From the NCBI GenBank assembly GCA_964016885.1, contig OZ024744.1, positions 1,178,001 to 1,242,000 on the forward strand: 64,000 bases of DNA, read 5' to 3'. This DNA comes from Eledone cirrhosa (taxonomy: Eukaryota). A program made the translations under genes and the position numbers. Below the pieces are notes generated by a model, which ran no database searches, was not told where the DNA came from, and worked only from the letters and a program-made list of their open reading frames with translations. Below are positions 38,718 through 50,549 of the stretch, piece after piece. Position 1 is the first letter of the stretch. The number at the start of each line of letters is the position of its first letter.

Positions 38718-41110
38718 TTGGTGAAGAACGAAGTTTTGAGGGAAGACAAGGTAGAGAAAGATAGCTTGGTGAAGAACGACGTTTTGAGGGAAGACAAGAT
38801 AGAGAAAGATAGCTTGGTGAAGAACAAAGTTTTGGGGGAAGACAAGGTAGAGAAAGATAGCTTGATGAAGTACGAAGTTTTGGGGGAAGACAAGGTAGAG
38901 AAAGATAGCTTGTTGAGGAACGACGTTTTGTGGGAAGACAAGGTAGAGAAACATAGTTGGTGAAGAACGAAGTTTTGAGGGAAGACAAGGTAGAGAAAGA
39001 TAGCTTGGTGAAGAACGAAGTTTTGAGGGAAGACAAGGTAGAGAAAGATAGCTTGATGAAGAACGAAGTTTTGAGGGAAGACAAGGTAGAGAAAGATAGC
39101 TTGATGAAGTACGAAGTTTTGGGGGAAGACAAGGTAGAGAAAGATAGCTTGGTGAAGAACGAAGTTTTGAGGGAAGACAAGGTAGAGAAAGATAGCTTGA
39201 TGAAGAACGAAGTTTTGAGGGAAGACAAGGTAGAGAAAGATAGCTTGGTGAAGAACGAAGTTTTGAGGGAAGACAAAGTAGAGAAAGATAGCTTGGTGAA
39301 GAACGAAGTTTTGGGGGAAGACAATGTAGAGAAAGATAGCTTGATGAAGAACGAAGTTTTGGGAGAAGACAAGGTAGAGAAAGATAGCTTGGTGAAGAAC
39401 GAAGTTTTGAGGGAAGACAAGGTAGAGAAAGATAGCTCGGTGAAGAACGAAGTTTTGGGGGAAGACAAGGTAGAGAAAGATAGCTTGGTGAAGAACGAAG
39501 TTTTCAGGGAAGACAAGGTAGAGAAAGATAGCTTGGTGAAGAACGAAGTTTTGAGGGAAGACAAGGTAGAGAAAGATAGTTGGTGAAGAACGAAGTTTTG
39601 AGGGAAGACAAGGTAGAGAAAGATAGCTTGGTGAAGAACGACGTTTTGGGGGAAGACAAAGTAGAGAAAGATAGCTTGGTGAAGAACGAAGTTTTGAGGG
39701 AAGACAAGGTAGAGAAAGATAGCTTGGTGAAGAACGAAGTTTTGGGGTAAGACAAGGTAGAGAAAGATAGCTTGGTGAAGAACGAAGTTTTGAGGGAAGA
39801 CAAGGTATAGAAAGAGAGCTTGATGAAGAACGAAGTTTTGAGGGAAGACAAGGTAGAGAAAGATAGCTTGATGAAGTACGAAATATTGGGGGAAGACAAG
39901 GTAGAGAAAGATAGCTTGGTGAAGAACGAAGTTTTGAGGGAAGACAAGGTAGAGAAAGATAGCTTGATGAAGAAAGAAGTTTTGAGGGAAGACAAGGTAG
40001 AGAAAGATAACTTGGTGAAGAACGAAGTTTTGAGGGAAGACAAAGTAGAGAAAGATAGCTTGGTGAAGAACGAAGTTTTGGGGGAAGACAATGTTGAGAA
40101 AGATAGCTTGATGAAGAACGAAGTTTTGGGGGAAGACAAGGTAGAGAAAGATAGCTTGGTGAAGAACGAAGTTTTGTGGGAAGACAAGGTAGAGAAAGAT
40201 AGCTTGGTGAAGAACGAAGTTTTGAGGGAAGACAAGGTAGAGAAAGATAGCTTGGTGAAGAACGAAGTTTTGAGGGAAGACAAGGTAGAGAAAGATAGTT
40301 GGTGAAGAGCGAAGTTTTGAGGGAAGACAAGGTAGAGAAAGATAGCTTGGTGAAGAACGACGTTTTGAGGGAAGACAAGGTAGAGAAAGATAGCTTGGTG
40401 AAGAACAAAGTTTTGGGGGAAGACAAGGTAGAGAAAGATAGCTTGATGAAGTACGAAGTTTTGGGGGAAGACAAGGTAGAGAAAGATAGCTTGTTGAGGA
40501 ACGACGTTTTGTGGGAAGACAAGGTAGAGAAACATAGTTGGTGAAGAACGAAGTTTTGAGGGAAGACAAGGTAGAGAAAGATAGCTTGGTGAAGAACGAA
40601 GTTTTGAGGGAAGACAAGGTAGAGAAAGATAGCTTGATGAAGTACGAAGTTTTGGGGGAAGACAAGGTAGAGAAAGATAGCTTGGTGAAGAACGAAGTTT
40701 TGAGGGAAGACAAGGTAGAGAAAGATAGCTTGATGAAGAACGAAGTTTTGAGGGAAGACAAGGTAGAGAAAGATAGCTTGGTGAAGAACGAAGTTTTGAG
40801 GGAAGACAAAGTAGAGAAAGATAGCTTGGTGAAGAACGAAGTTTTGGGGGAAGACAATGTAGAGAAAGATAGCTTGATGAAGAACAAAGTTTTGGGAGAA
40901 GACAAGGTAGAGAAAGATAGCTTGGTGAAGAACGAAGTTTTGAGGGAAGACAAGGTAGAGAAAGATAGCTCGGTGAAGAACGAAGTTTTGGGGGAAGACA
41001 AGGTAGAGAAAGATAGCTTGGTGAAGAACGAAGTTTTCAGGGAAGACAAGGTAGAGAAAGATAGCTTGGTGAAGAACGAAGTTTTGAGGGAAGACAAGGT
41101 AGAGAAAGAT
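38718..41110. repeat. Dispersed copy of block ~10890-13340 (offset 27,828 bp), itself containing a 1581-bp (33-monomer) period
   Basis: Offset 27828 at 10890/38718, 11129/38957, 11992/39820, 12471/40299 and 12710/40538. The rare GACAAGATAGAG variant was seen only at 10965 and 38793. Confidence 0.82.
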
Positions 41111-42669
41111 AGTTGGTGAAGAACGAAGTTTTGAGGGAAGACAAGGTAGAGAAAGATAGCTTGGTGAAGAACGACGTTTTGAGGGAAGACAAGGTAGAGA
41201 AAGATAGCTTGGTGAAGAACGACGTTTTGGGGGAAGAAAAGGTAGAGAAAGATAACTTGGTGAAGAACAAAGTTTTGGGGGAAGACAAGGTAGAGAAAGA
41301 TAGCTTGGTGAAGAACGAAGTATTGAGGGAAGACTCGGTAGAGAAAGATAGCTTGGTGAAGAACGACGTTTTGAGGGAAGACAATGTAGAGAAAGATAGC
41401 TTGGTGAAGAACGAAGTTTTGAGGGAAGACAAGGTAGAGAAAGATAGCTTGGTGAAGAACGAAGTTTTGGGGGAAGACAAGGTAGAGAAAGATAGCTTGG
41501 TGAAGAACGAAGTTTTGAGGGAATACAAGGTAGAGAAAGATAGCTTGGTGAAGAACGAAGTTTTGAGGGAAGACAAGGTAGAGAAAGATAGCTTGGTGAA
41601 GAACGAAGTTTTGGGGGAAGACAAGGTAGAGAAAGATAGCTTGGTGAAGAACGAAGTTTTGAGGGAAGACAAGGTAGAGAAAGAGAGCTTGGTGAAGAAC
41701 GAAGTTTTGGGGGAAGACAATGTAGAGAAAGATAGCTTGGTGAAGAACGAAGTTTTGACGGACGACAAAGTAGAGAAAGATAGCTTGGTGAAGAACGAAG
41801 TTTTGGGGGAAGACAAGGTAGAGAAAGATAGCTTGATTAAGAACGAAGTTTTGGGGGAAGACAAGGTAGAGAAAGATAGCGTGGTGAAGAACGAAGTTTT
41901 GAGGAAAGACAAGGTAGAGAAAGATAGCTTGGTGAAGAACGAAGTTTTGAGGGAAGACAAGGTAGAGAAGATAGCTTGGTGAAGAACGACGTTTTGAGGG
42001 AAGACAAGGTAGAGAAAGATAGCTTGGTGAAGAACGAAGTTTTGGGGGAAGACAAGGTAGAGAAAGATAGCTTGGTGAAGAACGAAGTTTTGAGGGAAGA
42101 CAAGGTAGAGAAAGATAGCTTGGTGAAGAACGAAGTTTTGGGGGAAGACAAGGTAGAGAAAGATAGCTTGGTGAAGAACGAATTTTGGGGAAAGACAAGC
42201 TAGAGAACGATAGCTTGGTGAAGAACGAAGTTTTGAGGGAAGACAAGGTAGAGAAAGATAGCTTGGTGAAGAACAAAGTTTTGGGGGAAGACAAGGTAGA
42301 GAAATATAGCTTGGTGAAGAACGAAGTATTGAGGGAAGACTGGGTAGAGAAAGATAGCTTGGTGAAGAACGAAGTTTTGAGGGAAGACAAGGTAGAGAAA
42401 GATAGCTTGGTGAAGAACGAGGTTTTGAGGGAAGACAAGGTAGAGAAAGATAGCTTGGTGAAGAACGAAGTTTTGAGGGAAGACAAGGTAGAGAAAGATA
42501 GCTTGGTGAAGAACGAAGTTTTGGGGGAAGACAAGGTAGAGAAAGATAGCTTGGTGAAGAACGAATTTTGGGGGAAGACAAGGTAGAGAACGATAGCTTG
42601 GTGAAGAACGAAGTTTTGAGGGAAGACAAGGTAGAGAAAGATAGCTTGGTGAAGAACGAAGTTTTGAGG

Positions 42670-44650
42670 GAAGTCAAGGTAGAGAAAGATAGCTTGGTGA
42701 AGAACGACGTTTTGAGGGAAGACGAGGTAGAGAAAGATAGCTTGGTGAAGAACGACGTTTTGGGGGAAGAAAAGGAAGAGAAAGATAGCTTGGTGAAGAA
42801 CAAAGTTTTGGGGGAAGACAAGGTAGAGAAATATAGCTTGGTGAAGAACGAAGTATTGAGGGAAGACTGGGTAGAGAAAGATAGCTTGGTGAAGAACGAA
42901 ATTTTGAGGGAAGACAAGGTAGAGAAAGATAGCTTGGTGAAAAACGAAGTTTTGAGGGAAGACAAGGTAGAGCAAGATAGCTTGGTGAAGAACGACGTTT
43001 TGGGGGAAGACAAGGTAGAAAAAGATAGCTTGGTGAAGAACAACGTTTTGGGGGAAGACAAGGTGGAGAAAGATAGCTTGGTGAAGAACGAAGTATTGAG
43101 GGAAGACTAGGTAGAGAAAGATAGCTTGGTGAAGAACGAAGTTTTGGGGGTGGACAAGGTAGAGAAAGATAGCTTGGTGAAGAACGAAGTTTTGAGGGAA
43201 GACAAGGTAGAGAAAGATAGCTTGGTGAAGAACGACGTTTTGAGGGAAGACAAGGTAGAGAAAGATAGCTTGGTGAAGAACAAAGTTTTGGGGGAAGACA
43301 AGGTAGAGAAAGATAGCTTGATGAAGTACGAAGTTTTGGGGGAAGACAAGGTAGAGAAAGATAGCTTGGTGAGGAACGACGTTTTGTGGGAAGACAAGGT
43401 AGAGAAACATAGTTGGTGAAGAACGAAGTTTTGAGGGAAGACAAGGTAGAGAAAGATAGCTTGGTGAAGAACGAAGTTTTGAGGGAAGACAAGGTAGAGA
43501 AAGATAGCTTGATGAAGAACGAAGTTTTGAGGGAAGACAAGGTAGAGAAAGATAGCTTGATGAAGTACGAAGTTTTGGGGGAAGACAAGGTAGAGAAAGA
43601 TAGCTTGGTGAAGAACGAAGTTTTGAGGGAAGACAAGGTAGAGAAAGATAGCTTGATGAAGAACGAAGTTTTGAGGGAAGACAAGGTAGAGAAAGATAGC
43701 TTGGTGAAGAACGAAGTTTTGAGGGAAGACAAAGTAGAGAAAGATAGCTTGGTGAAGAACGAAGTTTTGGGGGAAGACAATGTAGAGAAAGATAGCTTGA
43801 TGAAGAACGAAGTTTTGGGAGTAGACAAGGTAGAGAAAGATAGCTTGGTGAAGAACGAAGTTTTGAGGGAAGACAAGGTAGAGAAAGATAGCTCGGTGAA
43901 GAACGAAGTTTTGGGGGAAGACAAGGTAGAGAAAGATAGCTTGGTGAAGAACGAAGTTTTCAGGGAAGACAAGGTAGAGAAAGATAGCTTGGTGAAGAAC
44001 GAAGTTTTGAGGGAAGACAAGGTAGAGAAAGATAGCTTGGTGAAGAACGAAGTTTTGAGGGAAGTCAAGGTAGAGAAAGATAGCTTGGTGAAGAACGACG
44101 TTTTGAGGGAAGACGAGGTAGAGAAAGATAGCTTGATGAAGAACGACGTTTTGGGGGAAGAAAAGGTAGAGAAAGATAGCTTGGTGAAGAACAAAGTTTT
44201 GGGGGAAGACAAGGTAGAGAAATATAGCTTGGTGAAGAACGAAGTATTGAGGGAAGACTGGGTAGAGAAAGATAGCTTGGTGAAGAACGAAATTTTGAGG
44301 GAAGACAAGGTAGAGAAATATAGCTTGGTGAAAAACGAAGTTTTGAGGGAAGACAAGGTAGAGCAAGATAGCTTGGTGAAGAACGACGTTTTGGGGGAAG
44401 ACAAGGTAGAAAAAGATAGCTTGGTGAAGAACAACGTTTTGGGGGAAGACAAGGTAGAGAAAGATAGCTTGGTGAAGAACGAAGTATTGAGGGAAGACTA
44501 GGTAGAGAAAGATAGCTTGGTGAAGAACGAAGTTTTGGGGGTGGACAAGGTAGAGAAAGATAGCTTGGTGAAGAACGAAGTTTTGAGGGAAGACAAGGTA
44601 GAGAAAGATAGCTTGGTGAAGAACGACGTTTTGAGGGAAGACAAGGTAGA
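42670..44650. repeat. Block duplication with 1391-bp offset (29 monomers, one 47 bp)
   Basis: Variants GAAATTTTGAGG (~42898/44289), GAGCAAGAT (~42970/44361), GACTAG (~43105/44496) and GGGGTGGAC (~43147/44538) all recur at offset 1391. Confidence 0.8.
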
Positions 44651-47600
44651 GAAAGATAGCTTGGTGAAGAACGAAGTTTTGGGGGAAGACAATGTAGAGA
44701 AAGATAGCTTGATGAAGAACGAAGTTTTGGGAGAAGACAAAGTAGAGAAAGATAGCTTGGTGAAGAACGAAGTTTTGAGGGAAGACAAGGTAGAGAAAGA
44801 TAGCTCGGTGAAGAACGAAGTTTTGGGGGAAGACAAGGTAGAGAAAGATAGCTTGGTGAAGAACGAAGTTTTGAGGGAAGACAAGGTAGAGAAAGATAGT
44901 TGGTGAAGAACGAAGTTTTGAGGGAAGACAAGGTAGAGAAAGATAGCTTGGTGAAGAACGACGTTTTGAGGGAAGACAAGGTAGAGAAAGATAGCTTGGT
45001 GAAGAACGACGTTTTGGGGGAAGAAAAGGTAGAGAAAGATAACTTGGTGAAGAACAAAGTTTTGGGGGAAGACAAGGTAGAGAAAGATAGCTTGGTGAAG
45101 AACGAAGTATTGAGGGAAGACTCGGTAGAGAAAGATAGCTTGGTGAAGAACGACGTTTTGAGGGAAGACAAGGTAGAGACAGATAGCTTGGTGAAGAACG
45201 AGGTTTTGAGGGAAGACAAGGTAGAGAAAGATAGCTTGGTGAAGAACGAAGTTTTGGGGGAAGACAAGGTAGAGAAAGATAGCTTGGTGAAGAACGAAGT
45301 TTTGAGGGAATACAAGGTAGAGAAAGATAGCTTGGTGAAGAACGAAGTTTTGAGGGAAGACAAGGTAGAGAAAGATAGCTTGGTGAAGAACGAAGTTTTG
45401 GGGGAAGACAAGGTAGAGAAAGATAGCTTGGTGAAGAACGAAGTTTTGAGGGAAGACAAGGTAGAGAAAGAGAGCTTGGTGAAGAACGAAGTTTTGAGGG
45501 AAGACAAGGTAGAGAAAGATAGCTTGGTGAAGAACGAAGTTTTGGGGGAAGACAAGGTAGAGAAAGATAGCTTGGTGAAGAACGAAGTTTTGAGGGAAGA
45601 CAAGGTAGAGAAAGATAGCTTGGTGAAGAACGAAGTTTTGGGGGAAGACAAGGTAGAGAAAGATAGCTTGGTGAAGAACGAATTTTGGGGGAAGACAAGC
45701 TAGAGAACGATAGCTTGGTGAAGAACGAAGTTTTGAGGGAAGACAAGGTAGAGAAAGATAGCTTGGTGATGAACGAAGTTTTGAGGGAAGTCAAGGTAGA
45801 GAAAGATAGCTTGGTGAAGAACGACGTTTTGAGGGAAGACGAGGTAGAGAAAGATAGCTTGGTGAAGAACGACGTTTTGGGGGAAGAAAAGGTAGAGAAA
45901 GATAGCTTGGTGAAGAACAAAGTTTTGGGGGAAGACAAGTTAGAGAAATATAGCTTGGTGAAGAACGAAGTATTGAGGGAAGACTGGGTAGAGAAAGATA
46001 GCTTGGTGAAGAACGAAGTTTTGAGGGAAGACAAGGTAGAGAAAGATAGCTTGGTGAAGAACGAAGTTTTGGGGGAAGACAAGGTAGAGAAAGATAGCTT
46101 GGTGAAGAACGAAGTTTTGAGGGAAGACAAGGTAGAGAAAGATAGCTTGGTGAAGAACGAAGTTTTGGGGGAAGACAAGGTAGAGAAAGATAGCTTGGTG
46201 AAGAACGAATTTTGGGGGAAGACAAGGTAGAGAACGATAGCTTGGTGAAGAACGAAGTTTTGAGGGAAGACAAGGTAGAGAAAGATAGCTTGGTGAAGAA
46301 CGAAGTTTTGAGGGAAGTCAAGGTAGAGAAAGATAGCTTGGTGAAGAACGAAGTTTTGGGGGTGGACAAGGTAGAGAAAGATAGCTTGGTGAAGAACGAA
46401 GTTTGAGGGAAGACAATGTAGAGAAAGATAGTTGGTGAAGAACGAAGTTTTGGGGGAAGACAAGGTAGAGAAAGATAGCTTGGTGAAGAACGACGTTTTG
46501 AGGGAAGACAAGGTAGAGAAAGATAGCTTGGTGAAGAACGAAGTTTTGAGGGAAGACAAGCTAGAGAAAGATAGCTTGGTGAAGAACGAAGTTTTGGGGG
46601 AAGACAAGGTAGAGAAAGATAGCTTGGTGAAGAACGAAGTTTTGAGGGAAGACAAGGTAGAGAAAGATAGCTTGGTGAAGAACGAAGTTTTGGGGGAAGA
46701 CAACGTAGAGAAAGATAGCTTGCTGAAGAACGAAGTTTTGAGGGAAGACAAGGTAGAGAAAGATAGCTTGGTGAAGAACGACGTTTTGTGGGAAGACAAT
46801 GTAGAAAAAGATAGCTTGGTGAAGAACAACGTTTTGGGGGAAGACAAGGTAGAGAAAGATAGCTTGGTGAAGAACGAAGTATTGAGGGAAGACTAGGTAG
46901 AGAAAGATAGCTTGGTGAAGAACGAAGTTTTGAGGGAAGACAAGGTAGAGAAAGATAGTTGGTGAAGAACGAAGTTTTGAGGGAAGACAAGGTAGAGAAA
47001 GATAGCTTGGTGAAGAACGACGTTTTGAGGGAAGACAAGGTAGAGAAAGATAGCTTGGTGAAGAACGACGTTTTGAGGGAAGACGAGGTAGAGAAAGATA
47101 GCTTGTTGAAGAACGACGTTTTGGGGGAAGAAAAGGTAGAGAAAGATAGCTTGGTGAAGAACAAAGTTTTGGGGGAAGACAAGGTAGAGAAATATAGCTT
47201 GGTGAAGAACGAAGTATTGAGGGAAGACTGGGTAGAGAAAGATAGCTTGGTGAAGAACGAAGTTTTGAGGGAAGACAAGGTAGAGAAAGATAGCTTGGTG
47301 AAAAACGAAGTTTTGAGGGAAGACAAGGTAGAGAATGATAGCTTGGTGAAGAACGACGTTTTGGGGGAAGACAAGGTAGAAAAAGATAGCTTGGTGAAGA
47401 ACAACGTTTTGGGGGAAGACAAGCTAGAGAAAGATAGCTTGGTGAAGAACGAAGTATTGAGGGAAGACTAGGTAGAGAAAGATAGCTTGGTGAAGAACGA
47501 AGTTTTGAGGGAAGACAAGGTAGAGAAAGATAGCTTGGTGAAGAACGAAGTTTGAGGGAAGACAAGGTAGAGAAAGATAGCTTGGTGAAGAACGAAGTTT

Positions 47601-50549
47601 TGGGGGAAGACAAGGTAGAGAAAGATAGCTTGGTGAAGAACGACGTTTTGAGGGAAGACAAGGTAGAGAAAGATAGCTTGGTGAAGAACGAAGTTTTGAG
47701 GGAAGACAAGGTAGAGAAAGATAGCTTGGTGAAGAACGAAGTTTTGGGGGAAGACAAGGTAGAGAAAGATAGCTTGGTGAAGAACGAAGTTTTGAGGGAA
47801 GACAAGGTAGAGAAAGATAGCTTGGTGAAGAACGAAGTTTTGGGGGAAGACAACGTAGAGAAAGATAGCTTGCTGAAGAACGAAGTTCTGAGGGACGACA
47901 AAGTAGAGAAAGATAGCTTGGTGAAGAATGAAGTTTTGGGGGAAGACAAGGTAGAGACAGATAGCTTGATGAAGAACGAAGTTTTGGGGGAAGACAAGGT
48001 AGAGAAAGATAGCTTGGTGAAGAACGAAGTTTTGAGGGAAGACAAGGTAGAGAAAGATAGCTTGGTGAAGAACGAAGTTTTGGGTGAAGACAAGGTAGAG
48101 GAAGATAGCTTGGTGAAGAACGAAGTTTTGGGGGAAGACAAGGTAGAGAAAGATAGCTTGGTGAAGAACGAAGTTTTGAGGGAAGACAAGGTAGAGAAAG
48201 ATAGCTTGGTGAAGAACGACGTTTTGGGGGAAGACAAGGTAGAAAAAGATAGCTTGGTGAAGAACAACGTTTTGGGGGAAGACAAGGTAGAGAAAGATAG
48301 CTTGGTGAAGAACGAAGTATTGAGGGAAGACTAGGTAGAGAAAGATAGCTTGGTGAAGAACGAAGTTTTGAGGGAAGACAAGGTAGAGAAAGATAGTTGG
48401 TGAAGAACGAAGTTTTGAGGGAAGACAAGGTAGAGAAAGATAACTTGGTGAAGAACGACGTTTTGTGGGAAGACAAGGTAGAGAAACATAGTTGGTGAAG
48501 AACGAAGTTTTGAGGGAAGACAAGGTAGAGAAAGATAGATTGGTGAAGAACGAAGTTTTGAGGGAAGACAAGGTAGAGAAAGATAGCTTGATGAAGAACG
48601 AAGTTTTGATGGAAGACAAGGTAGAGAAAGATAGCTTGATGAAGTACGAAGTTTTGGGGGAAGACAAGGTAGAGAAAGATAGCTTGGTGAAGAACGAAGT
48701 TTTGAGAGAAGACAAGGTAGAGAAAGATAGCTTGATTAAGAACGAAGTTTTGAGGGAAGACAAGGTAGAGAAAGATAGCTTGGTGGAGAACGAAGTTTTT
48801 AGGGAAGACAAAGTAGAGAAAGATAGCTTGGTGAAGAACGAAGTTTTGGGGGAAGACAATGTAGAGAAAGATAGCTTGATGAAGAACGAAGTTTTGGGTG
48901 AAGACAAGGTAGATAAAGATAGCTTGGTGAAGAACGAAGTTTTGGGGGAAGACAAGGTAGAGAAAGATAGCTTGGTGAAGAACGAAGTTTTGAGGGAAGA
49001 CAAGGTAGAGAAAGATAGCTTGGTGAAGAACGACGTTTTGGGGGAAGACAAGGTAGAAAAAGATAGCTTGGTGAAGAACAACGTTTTGGGGGAAGACAAG
49101 GTAGAGAAAGATAGCTTGGTGAAGAACGAAGTATTGAGGGAAGACTAGGTAGAGAAAGATAGCTTGGTGAAGAACGAAGTTTTGAGGGAAGACAAGGTAG
49201 AGAAAGATAGTTGGTGAAGAACGAAGTTTTGAGGGAAGACAAGGTAGAGAAAGATAGCTTGGTGAAGAACGACGTTTTGAGGGAAGACAAGGTAGAGAAA
49301 GATAGCTTGGTGAAGAACGACGTTTTGAGGGAAGACGAGGTAGAGAAAGATAGCTTGGTGAAGAACGACGTTTTGGGGGAACAAAAGGTAGAGAAAGATA
49401 GCTTGGTGAAGAACAAAGTTTTGGGGGAAGACAAGGTAGAGAAATATAGCTTGGTGAAGAACGAAGTATTGAGGGAAGACTGCGTAGAGAAAGATAGCTT
49501 GGTGAAGAACGAAGTTTTGAGGGAAGACAAGGTAGAGAAAGATAGCTTGGTGAAGAACGACGTTTTGGGGGAAGACAAGGTAGAAAAAGATAGCTTGGTG
49601 AAGAACAACGTTTTGGGGGAAGACAAGGTAGAGAAAGATAGCTTGGTGAAGAACGAAGTATTGAGGGAAGACTAGGTAGAGAAAGATAGCTTGGTGAAGA
49701 ACGAAGTTTTGAGGGAAGACAAGGTAGAGAAAGATAGCTTGGTGAAGAAGGAAGTTTGAGGGAAGACAAGGTAGAGAAAGATAGCTTGGTGAAGAACGAA
49801 GTTTTGGGGTAAGACAAGGTAGAGAAAGATAGCTTGGTGAAGAACGACGTTTTGAGGGAAGACAAGGTAGAGAAAGATAGCTTGGTGAAGAACGAAGTTT
49901 TGAGGGAAGACAAGGTAGAGAAAGATAGCTTGGTGAAGAACGAAGTTTTGGGGGAAGACAAGGTAGAGAAAGATAGCTTGGTGAAGAACGAAGTTTTGAG
50001 GGAAGACAAGGTAGAGAAAGATAGCTTGGTGAAGAACGAAGTTTTGGGGGAAGACAACGTAGAGAAAGATAGCTTGCTGAAGAACGAAGTTCTGAGGGAC
50101 GACAAAGTAGAGAAAGATAGCTTGGTGAAGAATGAAGTTTTGGGGGAAGACAAGGTAGAGAAAGATAGCTTGATGAAGAACGAAGTTTTGGGGGAAGACA
50201 AGGTAGAGAAAGATAGCTTGGTGAAGAACGAAGTTTTGAGGGAAGACAAGGTAGAGAAAGATAGCTTGGTGAAGAACGAAGTTTTGGGTGAAGACAAGGT
50301 AGAGCAAGATAGCTTGGTGAAGAACGAAGTTTTGGGGGAAGACAAGGTAGAGAAAGATAGCTTGGTGAAGAACGAAGTTTTGAGGGAAGACAAGGTAGAG
50401 AAAGATAGCTTGGTGAAGAACGACGTTTTGGGGGAAGACAAGGTAGAAAAAGATAGCTTGGTGAAGAACAACGTTTTGGGGGAAGACAAGGTAGAGAAAG
50501 ATAGCTTGGTGAAGAACGAAGTATTGAGGGAAGACTAGGTAGAGAAAGA

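Noticed and set aside
48814-48824. Telomere-like motifs: TTTTGAGGG/TTTTGGGGG in each monomer, and TTTTTAGGG variants at ~48816, 53542, 58190 and 62117
   Set aside because: There is only one motif per 48 bp and it is never tandem. The TTTAGGG cases are single substitutions. This is not enough to call telomeric repeats.
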